DNA of 64,000 nucleotides from a virus. Position numbers and translations under genes: made by a program. This document shows, piece after piece, positions 1-7,412 of this stretch; within the stretch, counting starts at the first letter, position 1, and every line of letters begins with the position of its first letter. The notes below the pieces were generated by a model, which was not told where the DNA came from, ran no database searches, and saw nothing but the letters and a program-made list of their open reading frames with translations. The DNA is taken from IMG/VR virus record IMGVR_UViG_3300037755_000497, positions 44,876-108,875 of that record; one strand, 5' to 3'.

Positions 1-2
1 GT

Positions 3-809
3 TTTACCTTTTGTGTCAGTTTTTGCTTTTGATTTTTTTCCTTTCGGTGCTTCCTTTACTTTTGACTTTTTACCTTTTTTAGGCTTTTCGTCTTCGTCTT
101 CATCTTCATCTTCGTCTTCATCTTCGTCTTCTTCGTCTTCGTCTTCATCTTCATCTTCGTCTTCTTCTTCTTCATCTTCGTCTTCGTCTTCATCTTCGTC
201 TTCGTCTTCATCTTCGTCTTCGTCTTCATCTTCGTCTTCGTCTTCATCTTCGTCTTCGTCTTCGTCTTCGTCTTCTTCGTCTTCTTCGTCTTCTTCTTCG
301 TCTTCTTCTTCGTCTTCTTCTTCGTCTTCTTCGTCTTCGTCTTCTTCTTCGTCTTCTTCGTCTTCTTCATCAGAATCATCTTCATCAGAATCATTTTCAT
401 CTTCATCAGAATCATCATCTTCTTCGTCTTCTTCGTCTTCTTCGTCTTCTTCGTCTTCATCACCATCTTCTTCATCATCTTCTAAAGATTCTTTACAATA
501 TGGACAATGATCTTCACCAACTAAAATATCAGAACCACAAACTGGGCAACCACCAAAGCTTCCAGAATCTTGGCCTTCGGCCGCTGCTAATCTTACAGTT
601 TCAATTTGGTCAGCGAATAACCTGGAAGCAACAAGTGTGTTTGTAACACCAGCTAACTCTGTTAAGAAATGCATTAAGTTTAAATCGTCACCAGCTGGCA
701 CTTCAATTTTCTGTGCTTCACAAAACTTTTGAAGCGCACCAAATAATTTTTCATAGTTTGGTTTTGATTTCTTTTCTTTTTTTGATTTTGTTTTTGACTT
801 CTTAGCCAT
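3..809 (-). CDS. Zn-ribbon protein with very long poly-Asp/Glu tract and Lys-rich tail (3' end runs out of the window; missed by the ORF track)
   Basis: ATG at 809 with AGAGGT SD; reads MAKKSKTKSKK...GGCPVCGSDILVGEDHCPYCKESL, then ~132 codons (87-482) almost all D/E, then KPKKGKKSKVKEAPKGKKSKAK; no stop before the window edge. Confidence 0.9.
   Translation of the reverse strand, partial: MAKKSKTKSKKEKKSKPNYEKLFGALQKFCEAQKIEVPAGDDLNLMHFLTELAGVTNTLVASRLFADQIETVRLAAAEGQDSGSFGGCPVCGSDILVGEDHCPYCKESLEDDEEDGDEDEEDEEDEEDEEDDDSDEDENDSDEDDSDEEDEEDEEEDEDEEDEEEDEEEDEEEDEEDEEDEDEDEDEDEDEDEDEDEDEDEDEDEDEDEDEDEEEEDEDEDEDEDEEDEDEDEDEDEDEDEKPKKGKKSKVKEAPKGKKSKAKTDTKGK
87..482 (-). repeat. Low-complexity GAA/GAC/GAT trinucleotide tract encoding poly-D/E
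   Basis: Plus strand is continuous tcttcg/tcttca/tcttct; only a few G, S and N codons interrupt it. Confidence 0.95.
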
Positions 810-848
810 TTGATACCTCTTTTTTTTATTTGTTAAAAATCCCTGTTA

Positions 849-1040
849 TTAAAAATCTGTAGCTTTAACAGTTTTCCTATTATTATTAATACATCTTTGC
901 TGGGCATCAGCTATCATAAGGTAGACTTTTTCATTTAGCTTTTCTAATGCTTCACTTGAAACATTAAGACCAGTTGACTTAAGTGCTTCTTTTGTTTTTG
1001 AACCTATTAACAACATTTCCTTTCCTTGCTTACTTCCCAT
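849..1040 (-). CDS. Prokaryotic histone-fold protein (short-alpha3 type, resembling Leptospira/face-to-face histones and Bdellovibrio Bd0055)
   Basis: 63 aa: LLIGSKTKEALK (a1), GLNVSSEALEKLNEKVYLMIADAQQRC (L1/a2), RKTVKATDF with the RxTxxxxD histone signature at the C-terminus; AAAGGAG SD. Confidence 0.85.
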   Translation of the reverse strand: MGSKQGKEMLLIGSKTKEALKSTGLNVSSEALEKLNEKVYLMIADAQQRCINNNRKTVKATDF

Positions 1041-2583
1041 TTTTATTTCTCCTTTGAATTACGCTTACGCTACTGTAAGTGTTTAGAATGGTTTTACCTT
1101 TTCTTCTTAGCTTCTCACTTTTTGTATCCCATAGAAAATCGAAAGTTGGTTTACTTTTTTTACCAAATAATTTCCTTAATACATCATCGTAGTCACGTTC
1201 TACCCTACCCTTCATCTGGTTAAAGTCTTGGATGTTTATAGGGATGGTGCATATACCATGGTCAAAAGTTTTTATACTTAAACCAGCAATACCTTTTCTT
1301 GTTGTTATTACAACATCAAATTGTTTTTTAATTCCCAGATTTATAATGTCAAAGAATTCTTTGTCAGCACTATATGCCAGCATAAATTCTTTCCAATCTT
1401 CTTTCCAATCTTCTTTATCGTTAATTTCTTGTTTGCTAACGTTACCAACCAACAACTTCACACGCAAATTTTTATTTAATAATTTTTCTCTTAAATACAA
1501 TCCTTGCCATCTTCTTTCAACAAAAATAATTACTATTTTTTTCTTCTTGACTTTTTGAAGCGTCCTGTTGATTACAATTTTGTTCCTTTTTTTATCTCTG
1601 GCCATATTGTAAAGAAGTTCAGTGTTGTTACTTGTATCGTCATAATCATCACCATCGTAATCAGTTGGCACTAAATTTATTTTTGCTGGTAGCCTAGAAC
1701 CTAAATCTGTATCAGGTATGATGTGAATTAATTTTCCAAACAAATCATAAATTAAATATTCTTTCCCATCTTTTCTTTTTTCATCAGCACTAAGTCCTAT
1801 TCTAAATTTTGCTGGACATAAATCTAAACAACCATTGAATGAAGCCGCCCCATATCTTTGAACTTCATCAGCTATTAATATTCCACACACTGGGTAATAT
1901 AAATCTTGGTTTGATTTGTTTCTTAAACTTTGAACCATACAAACATTTATTTTACCAACTTTCCTATTCCCAGGATAAGGTAAATCAGGGAAAGATTCTG
2001 TCCACGCTTTTTTTGTTGCGAATACGCCACCAGCACCACCTATGTCTTCTAATTTTAAATTTAATAAATCATTTCTTAGTGCTTCTTTAATCCATTGTAT
2101 CTGGTGAATCTTTTCCCATAGTACAACTAGACCAACTTGTTCACTTCTTGCAATTGCTTCTAAACCTATTACAGATTTACCACAAGAACATGGGCCGCGA
2201 ACAATTCCCTGTTTCTTTTTTAAAATTATTTTTACAGCTTTCTCTTGGTCTTTTCTTAGGATTGTTTTTGAATCATATTCCGTTTTTTTTGTTACACGTT
2301 TAAATTTTATAACAACATCATGGTTTCGTTTTCTTAGTTCTTTTTTTATTCTTGGTAAGCAACCACGTGTGAATCTTATAACTTTTTTATCATCACTTAT
2401 TTTAAAACTTTCGTAAATTTCAGGTTCATTGTCTGTTGGAAGCCCCATTCTTTCCATACGGATGTACATTGGGTTTATGTGTTTACATAATTTTTTTAGA
2501 TTAAGGATTGCCCTTCTATCATCTTTTAAAAGTTTTTTGTAACTCAAACTTGCGTGTGAATCAACCTTGATTTTTACCTTCAA
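1030..2583 (-). CDS. Superfamily 2 DNA helicase (UvsW/SSL2-like)
   Basis: Q-motif LRKDQEKAV, Walker A GPCSCGKS, Walker B ILIADEVQ, motif III GLSA, motif VI QMKGRVER. Confidence 0.9.
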   Translation of the reverse strand: MKVKIKVDSHASLSYKKLLKDDRRAILNLKKLCKHINPMYIRMERMGLPTDNEPEIYESFKISDDKKVIRFTRGCLPRIKKELRKRNHDVVIKFKRVTKKTEYDSKTILRKDQEKAVKIILKKKQGIVRGPCSCGKSVIGLEAIARSEQVGLVVLWEKIHQIQWIKEALRNDLLNLKLEDIGGAGGVFATKKAWTESFPDLPYPGNRKVGKINVCMVQSLRNKSNQDLYYPVCGILIADEVQRYGAASFNGCLDLCPAKFRIGLSADEKRKDGKEYLIYDLFGKLIHIIPDTDLGSRLPAKINLVPTDYDGDDYDDTSNNTELLYNMARDKKRNKIVINRTLQKVKKKKIVIIFVERRWQGLYLREKLLNKNLRVKLLVGNVSKQEINDKEDWKEDWKEFMLAYSADKEFFDIINLGIKKQFDVVITTRKGIAGLSIKTFDHGICTIPINIQDFNQMKGRVERDYDDVLRKLFGKKSKPTFDFLWDTKSEKLRRKGKTILNTYSSVSVIQRRNKNGK

Positions 2584-2606
2584 CCAACACCCCTGTTAGA
2601 ATTTTT

Positions 2607-2897
2607 TTAAACACCGAATAATTCCTTGAAAGGCAAATCAGTGTTCAACAAAATAAAATTTCCTTCGGGTTGTAGCAAGTCATCGGCCGCAAGTAAAACC
2701 TTTTCAAGTTTTTCTGCACCTGTACCACTTAGCATAATTTTTTCATTGCGCTGTAGCAGTAAGGCCAAGTTATTCGTGAATTCACGAATTTTAGGGTGAA
2801 TAATTTCAATTTCTTCAACTGCATCGACCATGCTTCTTCTTCCCATTTTTTTTCTGTGTTTAGTAATCATCAAGAAAATTTTCTTGGTTGTCAACAA
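2607..2897 (-). CDS. Hypothetical protein (start uncertain)
   Basis: ORF in the operon direction, closely packed with its neighbours. Confidence 0.55.
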   Translation of the reverse strand: MLTTKKIFLMITKHRKKMGRRSMVDAVEEIEIIHPKIREFTNNLALLLQRNEKIMLSGTGAEKLEKVLLAADDLLQPEGNFILLNTDLPFKELFGV

Positions 2898-3093
2898 AGT
2901 TTTCAGGAAAATATTCTGGCACGCTCTGCATTAAGTCCCAAACATCATCTAGGCCTTCCCATTGGCCATTAACAAAAACAAATATTTCACCGCTGAATTT
3001 ATCCTGCGCATAAAGAAACCCATCAGTGCCATAGATTAAATCAAATTCATTTGCATTGAATTTTTTATTATTGAAATTTTCATGTCCCAGCAA
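2860..3093 (-). CDS. Small acidic hypothetical protein
   Basis: TTG start preceded by an AAGGA SD. Confidence 0.6.
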   Translation of the reverse strand: MLGHENFNNKKFNANEFDLIYGTDGFLYAQDKFSGEIFVFVNGQWEGLDDVWDLMQSVPEYFPENFVDNQENFLDDY

Positions 3094-3229
3094 TTTTTAT
3101 CTTCCTTGATTTCGGTGTGGTAATTTAATTTTATCATGCCCCAAATTTTTTGGAAGTTTAAAAGTCATTTGGTCAACTGCTATTATTTCTGGGTATCGAA
3201 CTTTGATTACTTCAAACGTTTAACTAACT

Positions 3230-3603
3230 CCAAACTTTGATTGCTGGAAAACATGTTACGTTAAAACATTGGAACATTGAAACGTTGGATTGCTGGAAAA
3301 CATTCAAAACATAATTTCTGGTGAAAAACAAAAACAAGAAAAAATTGTTAGAAAATTTATTTTCTATATGTATTTATTCTATAATAATATATTCTATACT
3401 TAAGACCCCCCAAAATATGTTCCCGAAAAACTTGTTTGCGGTAACAGAATATGTTCCTGAAACGGTACAAAATATGTTCCTGAAAAACATACCTTTTTCG
3501 GTAACAGAATATGTTCCTGAAAACATGTTTTAAAACTTAATTTGTATGTTTTTCGGTAACAGATACTAGGGGGTAGTGCATAACAGGAACATAATATGTT
3601 CCT
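3230..3603. repeat. Iteron-like repeat cluster with AT-rich segment; putative replication origin
   Basis: AATATGTTCC x5 (about 3414, 3448, 3471, 3508, 3593); CGGTAACAGA x3 (3439, 3499, 3554); ~52-55 bp unit duplicated (3411-3462, 3468-3522); inverted repeat AGGAACAT-AAT-ATGTTCCT at 3585-3603; TTGCTGGAAAACAT x2; AT-rich 3321-3400. Confidence 0.65.
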
Positions 3604-4024
3604 AATCAATTTTAAGTTTTTTAGCTGATTTCCTTAATTTACTTTCACCAGGAACAAGAAGCACTTCCCATTTAGTAAACTTGATTCTTCTTCTACCTAA
3701 ACCATTTTCACCATCAAAAACTGAAATGTCTGTATAAGATGTTAAACCATCTTTGGTTTTGATGTAGTAATGCGGCTTAAGCATTTTCTTCTTTTCCAGT
3801 GACTTCAAAATTATTTCAACACGCTTTTTTGGGTAGCCAAATTCTTTTACTATCTGGTGAACTTGAATCATTGAAATACCCCGTTCACCTTTTTTATTTG
3901 GGAATGCGCATTCTCTTAATAGTAAGTAGAAACTAAATTCTTGATAGGTTATCAGACCTTTCCTGTAGGCATGGTGTAATGCGAATAAATTAATTCTTTG
4001 TTTCTCAAATATAGATAGCTTCAC
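3602..4024 (-). CDS. Winged-helix DNA-binding protein, possible replication initiator
   Basis: Basic; EFSFYLLL...ISMIQVHQIVKEFGYPKKRVEIILKSLEKKKML fits a wHTH pattern; lies directly next to the iterons. Confidence 0.5.
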   Translation of the reverse strand: MKLSIFEKQRINLFALHHAYRKGLITYQEFSFYLLLRECAFPNKKGERGISMIQVHQIVKEFGYPKKRVEIILKSLEKKKMLKPHYYIKTKDGLTSYTDISVFDGENGLGRRRIKFTKWEVLLVPGESKLRKSAKKLKID

Positions 4025-4428
4025 TATTCTTCCCCTAGTTCTTTGAACAGTAGGTAAGAACGTTTCATTCCACGGATTCCAAGTTTCAAAGCTGCTTTAT
4101 AATTATTTACTTTTAAAACTTTCCCTTCAACAACTTCAAATTCATAAATAGTAGATAGCAATTTTATTTTTTTCAGTTTTCTAATATGATAGTCAATTAC
4201 TGAACCATCTATATTTTTTAAACGTTTTTTTGCTTGATTGATTTCTTCCAAACTTAGTTCATTAATTGGTTCTTTAATGTGGGCCAAGTCTGTTAACAGT
4301 ATATAAAAGGCCGCTGTGGCCCATGACATCGAACCCCTACTAACTAAGTTAAAAGCTACATCGGTTCTTAATTTTTTTAATTCTAACAAGTCCTGTTTGG
4401 ACACTTTATTTCTTTTCATCACCATCAC
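4024..4428 (-). CDS. Winged-helix-like DNA-binding protein, likely paralog of 3602-4024
   Basis: AAFYILL...IDYHIRKLKKIKLLSTIY parallels the neighbour; stop/start overlap. Confidence 0.45.
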   Translation of the reverse strand: MMVMKRNKVSKQDLLELKKLRTDVAFNLVSRGSMSWATAAFYILLTDLAHIKEPINELSLEEINQAKKRLKNIDGSVIDYHIRKLKKIKLLSTIYEFEVVEGKVLKVNNYKAALKLGIRGMKRSYLLFKELGEE

Positions 4429-4480
4429 CGTTTAGTTTAATGTACTTAATATGTACCACATCAATATTAGATGTCCAAGA

Positions 4481-4612
4481 ATAGATAGGATTTATTACAT
4501 GGTGTGTCTGGTAATAACCAGAAATTAAAGGATAATTTAAGGTGGTGGGTAACTCAAGGAAGATGTTAGCATTATGAGGGCCAGAATCAAGGAAGATTCA
4601 CCTACCACCTTA
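4481..4612 (+). ncRNA. Candidate structured sRNA with AGGA-loop hairpins (CsrB/RsmZ-like)
   Basis: AGGA at 4487, 4529, 4557 and 4590; hairpins AUAGA-UAGGA-UUUAU, AAAUUA-AAGGA-UAAUUU, GAAUC-AAGGAA-GAUUC; long closing stem UAAGGUGGUGGGU/ACCUACCACCUUA. Confidence 0.35.
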
Positions 4613-4703
4613 GAAAGTATTTAAACCTACTTTATCTTATCAACCTTTTCAAGCCGCACAAGGTGCCCGTATTTTCCCATTTTAGATCGAATAGTTAACT
4701 TTA

Positions 4704-4768
4704 TTGCCAGAAAGTGAAAAAGTATGTTATACTTAGTTATACGATGTTATTGTATAACAATGTAGAAC
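4704..4768 (+). promoter_or_regulatory. Sigma70-type promoter of the RHH gene, overlapped by a GTTATAC array
   Basis: TTGCCA-N18-TATACT with TGn extension; GTTATAC at 4726 and 4736, GTTAT at 4746, inverted GTATAAC at 4752 and GTAGAAC at 4762. Confidence 0.7.
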
Positions 4769-4782
4769 GGGATGGTGATGGT

Positions 4783-5025
4783 ATGGCTAAGAAAAAGATT
4801 CAACGTAAGGTATCAAAAATTACAACCCCAAAGGTCGATTTTGGGGCCAAAGACAAGATGAAGGCCTTTAGGTGTTCTAAGGTAATAGCTGAACTGCTAG
4901 ACAAGGAAGATAACGCTTCTGAAACGATAAATAAGGCCATATTAGAGTATCTAAGCAAGAAACTAATAGAATGTCCAACCTGTAAAGGTAAGGGCCAAAT
5001 ACGGCCCCATAAAGAGTGTAAATAA
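4783..5025 (+). CDS. Ribbon-helix-helix transcription regulator with a C-terminal CxxCxGxG Zn-knuckle; the only convincing plus-strand gene
   Basis: KMKAFRCSKVIAELLDKEDNASETINKAILEYL (beta strand-helix-helix), then CPTCKGKG; ATG at 4783 after GGTGATGG. Confidence 0.65.
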   Translation: MAKKKIQRKVSKITTPKVDFGAKDKMKAFRCSKVIAELLDKEDNASETINKAILEYLSKKLIECPTCKGKGQIRPHKECK

Positions 5026-5026
5026 G

Positions 5027-5725
5027 CTATAGAGATTTAAACCATGCACAAATCTTTTGCCACAAATTTTTCTTGACTATTGGCTTAGGTTTTTGTGCTG
5101 GAATACTATTCGGAACCACATCTTTTACTGGTTCTTGGATTGGTGTATCACCTTTAAAGAAATCTTCGTGTTCAAATATTTCCCTTATAATTGTCATAGC
5201 ACCCATTTGTTTACTCACAGCTGTATCAGACCACTTACCATCAGCAATGTATTTTCCACTATCGTAGTGATTACTAAAAGACCAAAGATAAGGTGATTTT
5301 ACATGTGAATGGTACTTTCTATAACCCCACCCATTATGAGATTCAAAACAAAAACATATTTCTGGGATACCCCAGCTAAAGAATCCTAACGTTTTAAACA
5401 TTTTTAAATGTAAAGTTTCCATAGCATCCAAAGCAGCATCTTCCCAGGAATTCCACGGGCCAAGTCCTACTGGAACCAAAGTGGTTTTCTTAGACCAGCT
5501 TTCACCGTTGTGAATTTGCTTGGAGAAATTTAAACCAGCTTCCATATAATGAATACAACCAACAACATACCAAGGTACTTTGGTTTCTTTTTCAACTTTT
5601 AAATATTCTTCCTTGAGGGAAACAATTTTATTAGCAATTATTTTGATATAACTAGTATGATACATTGGCATCATACTATCCCAAAGTTTCTGGTATTCAT
5701 CACGAAGTTCTTTTGTAAGTTTCAT
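5027..5725 (-). CDS. Lysozyme-family endolysin (COG5526-like)
   Basis: VPWYVVGCIHYMEA, HNGE, GPWNSWEDAALDA, ESHNGWGY, SPYLWS, GKYIADG, SKQMG motifs. Confidence 0.85.
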   Translation of the reverse strand: MKLTKELRDEYQKLWDSMMPMYHTSYIKIIANKIVSLKEEYLKVEKETKVPWYVVGCIHYMEAGLNFSKQIHNGESWSKKTTLVPVGLGPWNSWEDAALDAMETLHLKMFKTLGFFSWGIPEICFCFESHNGWGYRKYHSHVKSPYLWSFSNHYDSGKYIADGKWSDTAVSKQMGAMTIIREIFEHEDFFKGDTPIQEPVKDVVPNSIPAQKPKPIVKKNLWQKICAWFKSL

Positions 5726-5736
5726 ATTAACCCCAA

Positions 5737-5763
5737 ATAAGAAAGGCCCAGTTTCCCAGGCCC
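5737..5763 (-). terminator. Rho-independent terminator
   Basis: GGGCCUGG-GAAA-CUGGGCCU followed by UUCUUAUUU. Confidence 0.7.
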
Positions 5764-5797
5764 AACCGAACAAATCAACCCTGCAATTGATTCATTC

Positions 5798-6028
5798 TTA
5801 TTTTTGAAATAGATTTGCGCCTAAAGACAATGTTGATTCATAATCAACTGATGCATTTGCCACATCAGCAAAATCAGCATCCATTTTAACCGCTAAAGCA
5901 ACAACACCAGCTTTTACCGCATCCAATTCATCACGAATGGCACCGTAAAGTTCTTTGTCAGAAGCTTGACTTTTATTAGCGTGACCTTCTGTAAGTCCAA
6001 CCGCTTTTCTTTGCCCAATTTTTAACAT
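5798..6028 (-). CDS. Small protein, probably virion-associated
   Basis: AAGGGG SD; second gene of a two-gene unit with its own promoter and terminator. Confidence 0.6.
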   Translation of the reverse strand: MLKIGQRKAVGLTEGHANKSQASDKELYGAIRDELDAVKAGVVALAVKMDADFADVANASVDYESTLSLGANLFQK

Positions 6029-6080
6029 GTTTTTTCCCTTGTTAAGGTTTTTAGTTTAAAGCTAAATTACAAAAAGAATC

Positions 6081-6380
6081 TTAGTTGTCAGATTCAGATT
6101 GTGTAGCAACGTAATGGAATTCCTTCGCTGTTACAGCTTCGGCCGCAATCAGTGTAAATCCATCAGCGTTGATAGTGATAGCATCAACATACGTTTTTGT
6201 ACCAGCTGCTATTTCTTTTCTGGCCTTAGCAAGTGGCATTGTTTCACTTTTCTTGTAATCAGCTTGGTCAGTGATGTTGTAGACCTCAACTTTTTTAGGC
6301 TTGAAACCAAGAACAACTTTTTTGTCGGCCCCTGCACCAACGAAACTACCAGCACGTGTTTTGCTTACATTACTTGACAT
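6081..6380 (-). CDS. Small beta-rich structural protein (possible decoration protein)
   Basis: GSFVGAGADKKVVLGFKPKKVEV resembles virion-protein G.Y.G.G...i.lGF.P motifs; strong SD. Confidence 0.5.
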   Translation of the reverse strand: MSSNVSKTRAGSFVGAGADKKVVLGFKPKKVEVYNITDQADYKKSETMPLAKARKEIAAGTKTYVDAITINADGFTLIAAEAVTAKEFHYVATQSESDN

Positions 6381-6475
6381 TTTTTACCCCCTTAAGGTTT
6401 TTAGATTAATAGCTTTAGCACCCCTACCAACCATCAATAGCGTCTACTATTTACATGTAGGATGAATCAAGATTT

Positions 6476-6504
6476 ATTGTATAACAATGTATAACATCAA
6501 TCAA
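6476..6504 (-). promoter_or_regulatory. Promoter TTGATT-N17-TACAAT containing the GTTATAC-N3-GTTATAC site
   Basis: Plus-strand GTATAAC at 6479 and 6489. Confidence 0.7.
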
Positions 6505-6505
6505 A

Positions 6506-6751
6506 TTAAAAAAGGTGGGTCACACCGTTATCAGATAATTCCTGGATAATCATATTATTTATTTCAGCGTATATCTGTCTCTTTTGATTGGGAATTAACA
6601 TTTCTTTTTCCAGATTGTGGGATACCTTGGCCCTAATATTTTTTAGGGCCTGTAGTACCTGTTGACTATACATTGCACACTCGAATACTTCGTTATCATC
6701 TGGAATATTAAATTCTAAATTAGCCTTCATTTTCATTTTCCGATGAAACAT
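6506..6751 (-). CDS. Hypothetical protein
   Basis: MKANLEFNIPDD N-terminus typical of small phage proteins; start uncertain. Confidence 0.6.
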   Translation of the reverse strand: MFHRKMKMKANLEFNIPDDNEVFECAMYSQQVLQALKNIRAKVSHNLEKEMLIPNQKRQIYAEINNMIIQELSDNGVTHLF

Positions 6752-7328
6752 CTTCTATCAGTGATGGATTCTTTTGAACATAAAGAAGGATGTCACGATT
6801 ATAAGTTTTAGCTGTGGCCTGTGCTTCTGTGCAAGCTGATGCTAGGCTACCCATTTTCTCAACAATCATTAACTGAACTTCTTTAATCTTGCCATTAAGT
6901 TCAGCATATTCTTTTGCTACTTCAATTTTTTTACCGACTAAATGTTTTAGAACTGGGTCAGATAGTTTACCAGATTCTTCTAATTTAAGAACTTTTGAAA
7001 TAACTTGTTCCTGGAAAGGTGTTAGTTTTTCTTTTTGAAGCCCACCAACTGAATTAAATTTAGCAAGTATCTCTTTTCTTTGTTGCTCTAATTTATTATT
7101 CATGTGCTGTGATTGTGTTACTTCAATTTTTTTCGTACCAATGTGCTTGTCAATTATTACTTCCTTTTCGTCTTTTTCTAATAATTCTTCAACTTCATCA
7201 GCGGTTTCAATAATTTCCCCAACTTCATCATTAGAAAGCCCAGATTCTTTTTCTGGTGCATTCATAATGTTAATGTCTTTGTTGATTTGTTTCATTTCTT
7301 CGTCAAATTTTTGCTTAGGTGTTTTCAT
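6720..7328 (-). CDS. Coiled-coil hypothetical protein
   Basis: GGAAGG SD before ATG 7328; E/K-rich helical sequence. Confidence 0.7.
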   Translation of the reverse strand: MKTPKQKFDEEMKQINKDINIMNAPEKESGLSNDEVGEIIETADEVEELLEKDEKEVIIDKHIGTKKIEVTQSQHMNNKLEQQRKEILAKFNSVGGLQKEKLTPFQEQVISKVLKLEESGKLSDPVLKHLVGKKIEVAKEYAELNGKIKEVQLMIVEKMGSLASACTEAQATAKTYNRDILLYVQKNPSLIEDVSSENENEG

Positions 7329-7412
7329 TTTCTTCCTTCCAATTTTCGCTAAACGAATTGTAAAGTTCATACTGTTTTTAGTATAAATAATGTTTATACG
7401 CTTTTTAGTATT

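Noticed and set aside
13-510. Poly-serine ORF (+) and K/T/M-rich ORF 56-478 (-)
   Set aside because: These are alternative-frame shadows of the poly-D/E tract; the real frame starts at 809 with an SD
1030-2583. Calling the helicase a Snf2 chromatin remodeller or a type III restriction subunit
   Set aside because: The motifs fit generic UvsW/SSL2-type SF2 helicases; no Snf2-specific features, nuclease domain or adjacent Mod gene are visible
3411-3603. CRISPR or mini-CRISPR array
   Set aside because: The repeats are short, irregularly spaced and lack unique 30-40 bp spacers; no cas genes are present
3321-3609. ORFs 3321-3533 (+) and 3400-3609 (-)
   Set aside because: Their repeated peptides only mirror the DNA repeats, and there is no SD; the region is better explained as non-coding origin-like DNA
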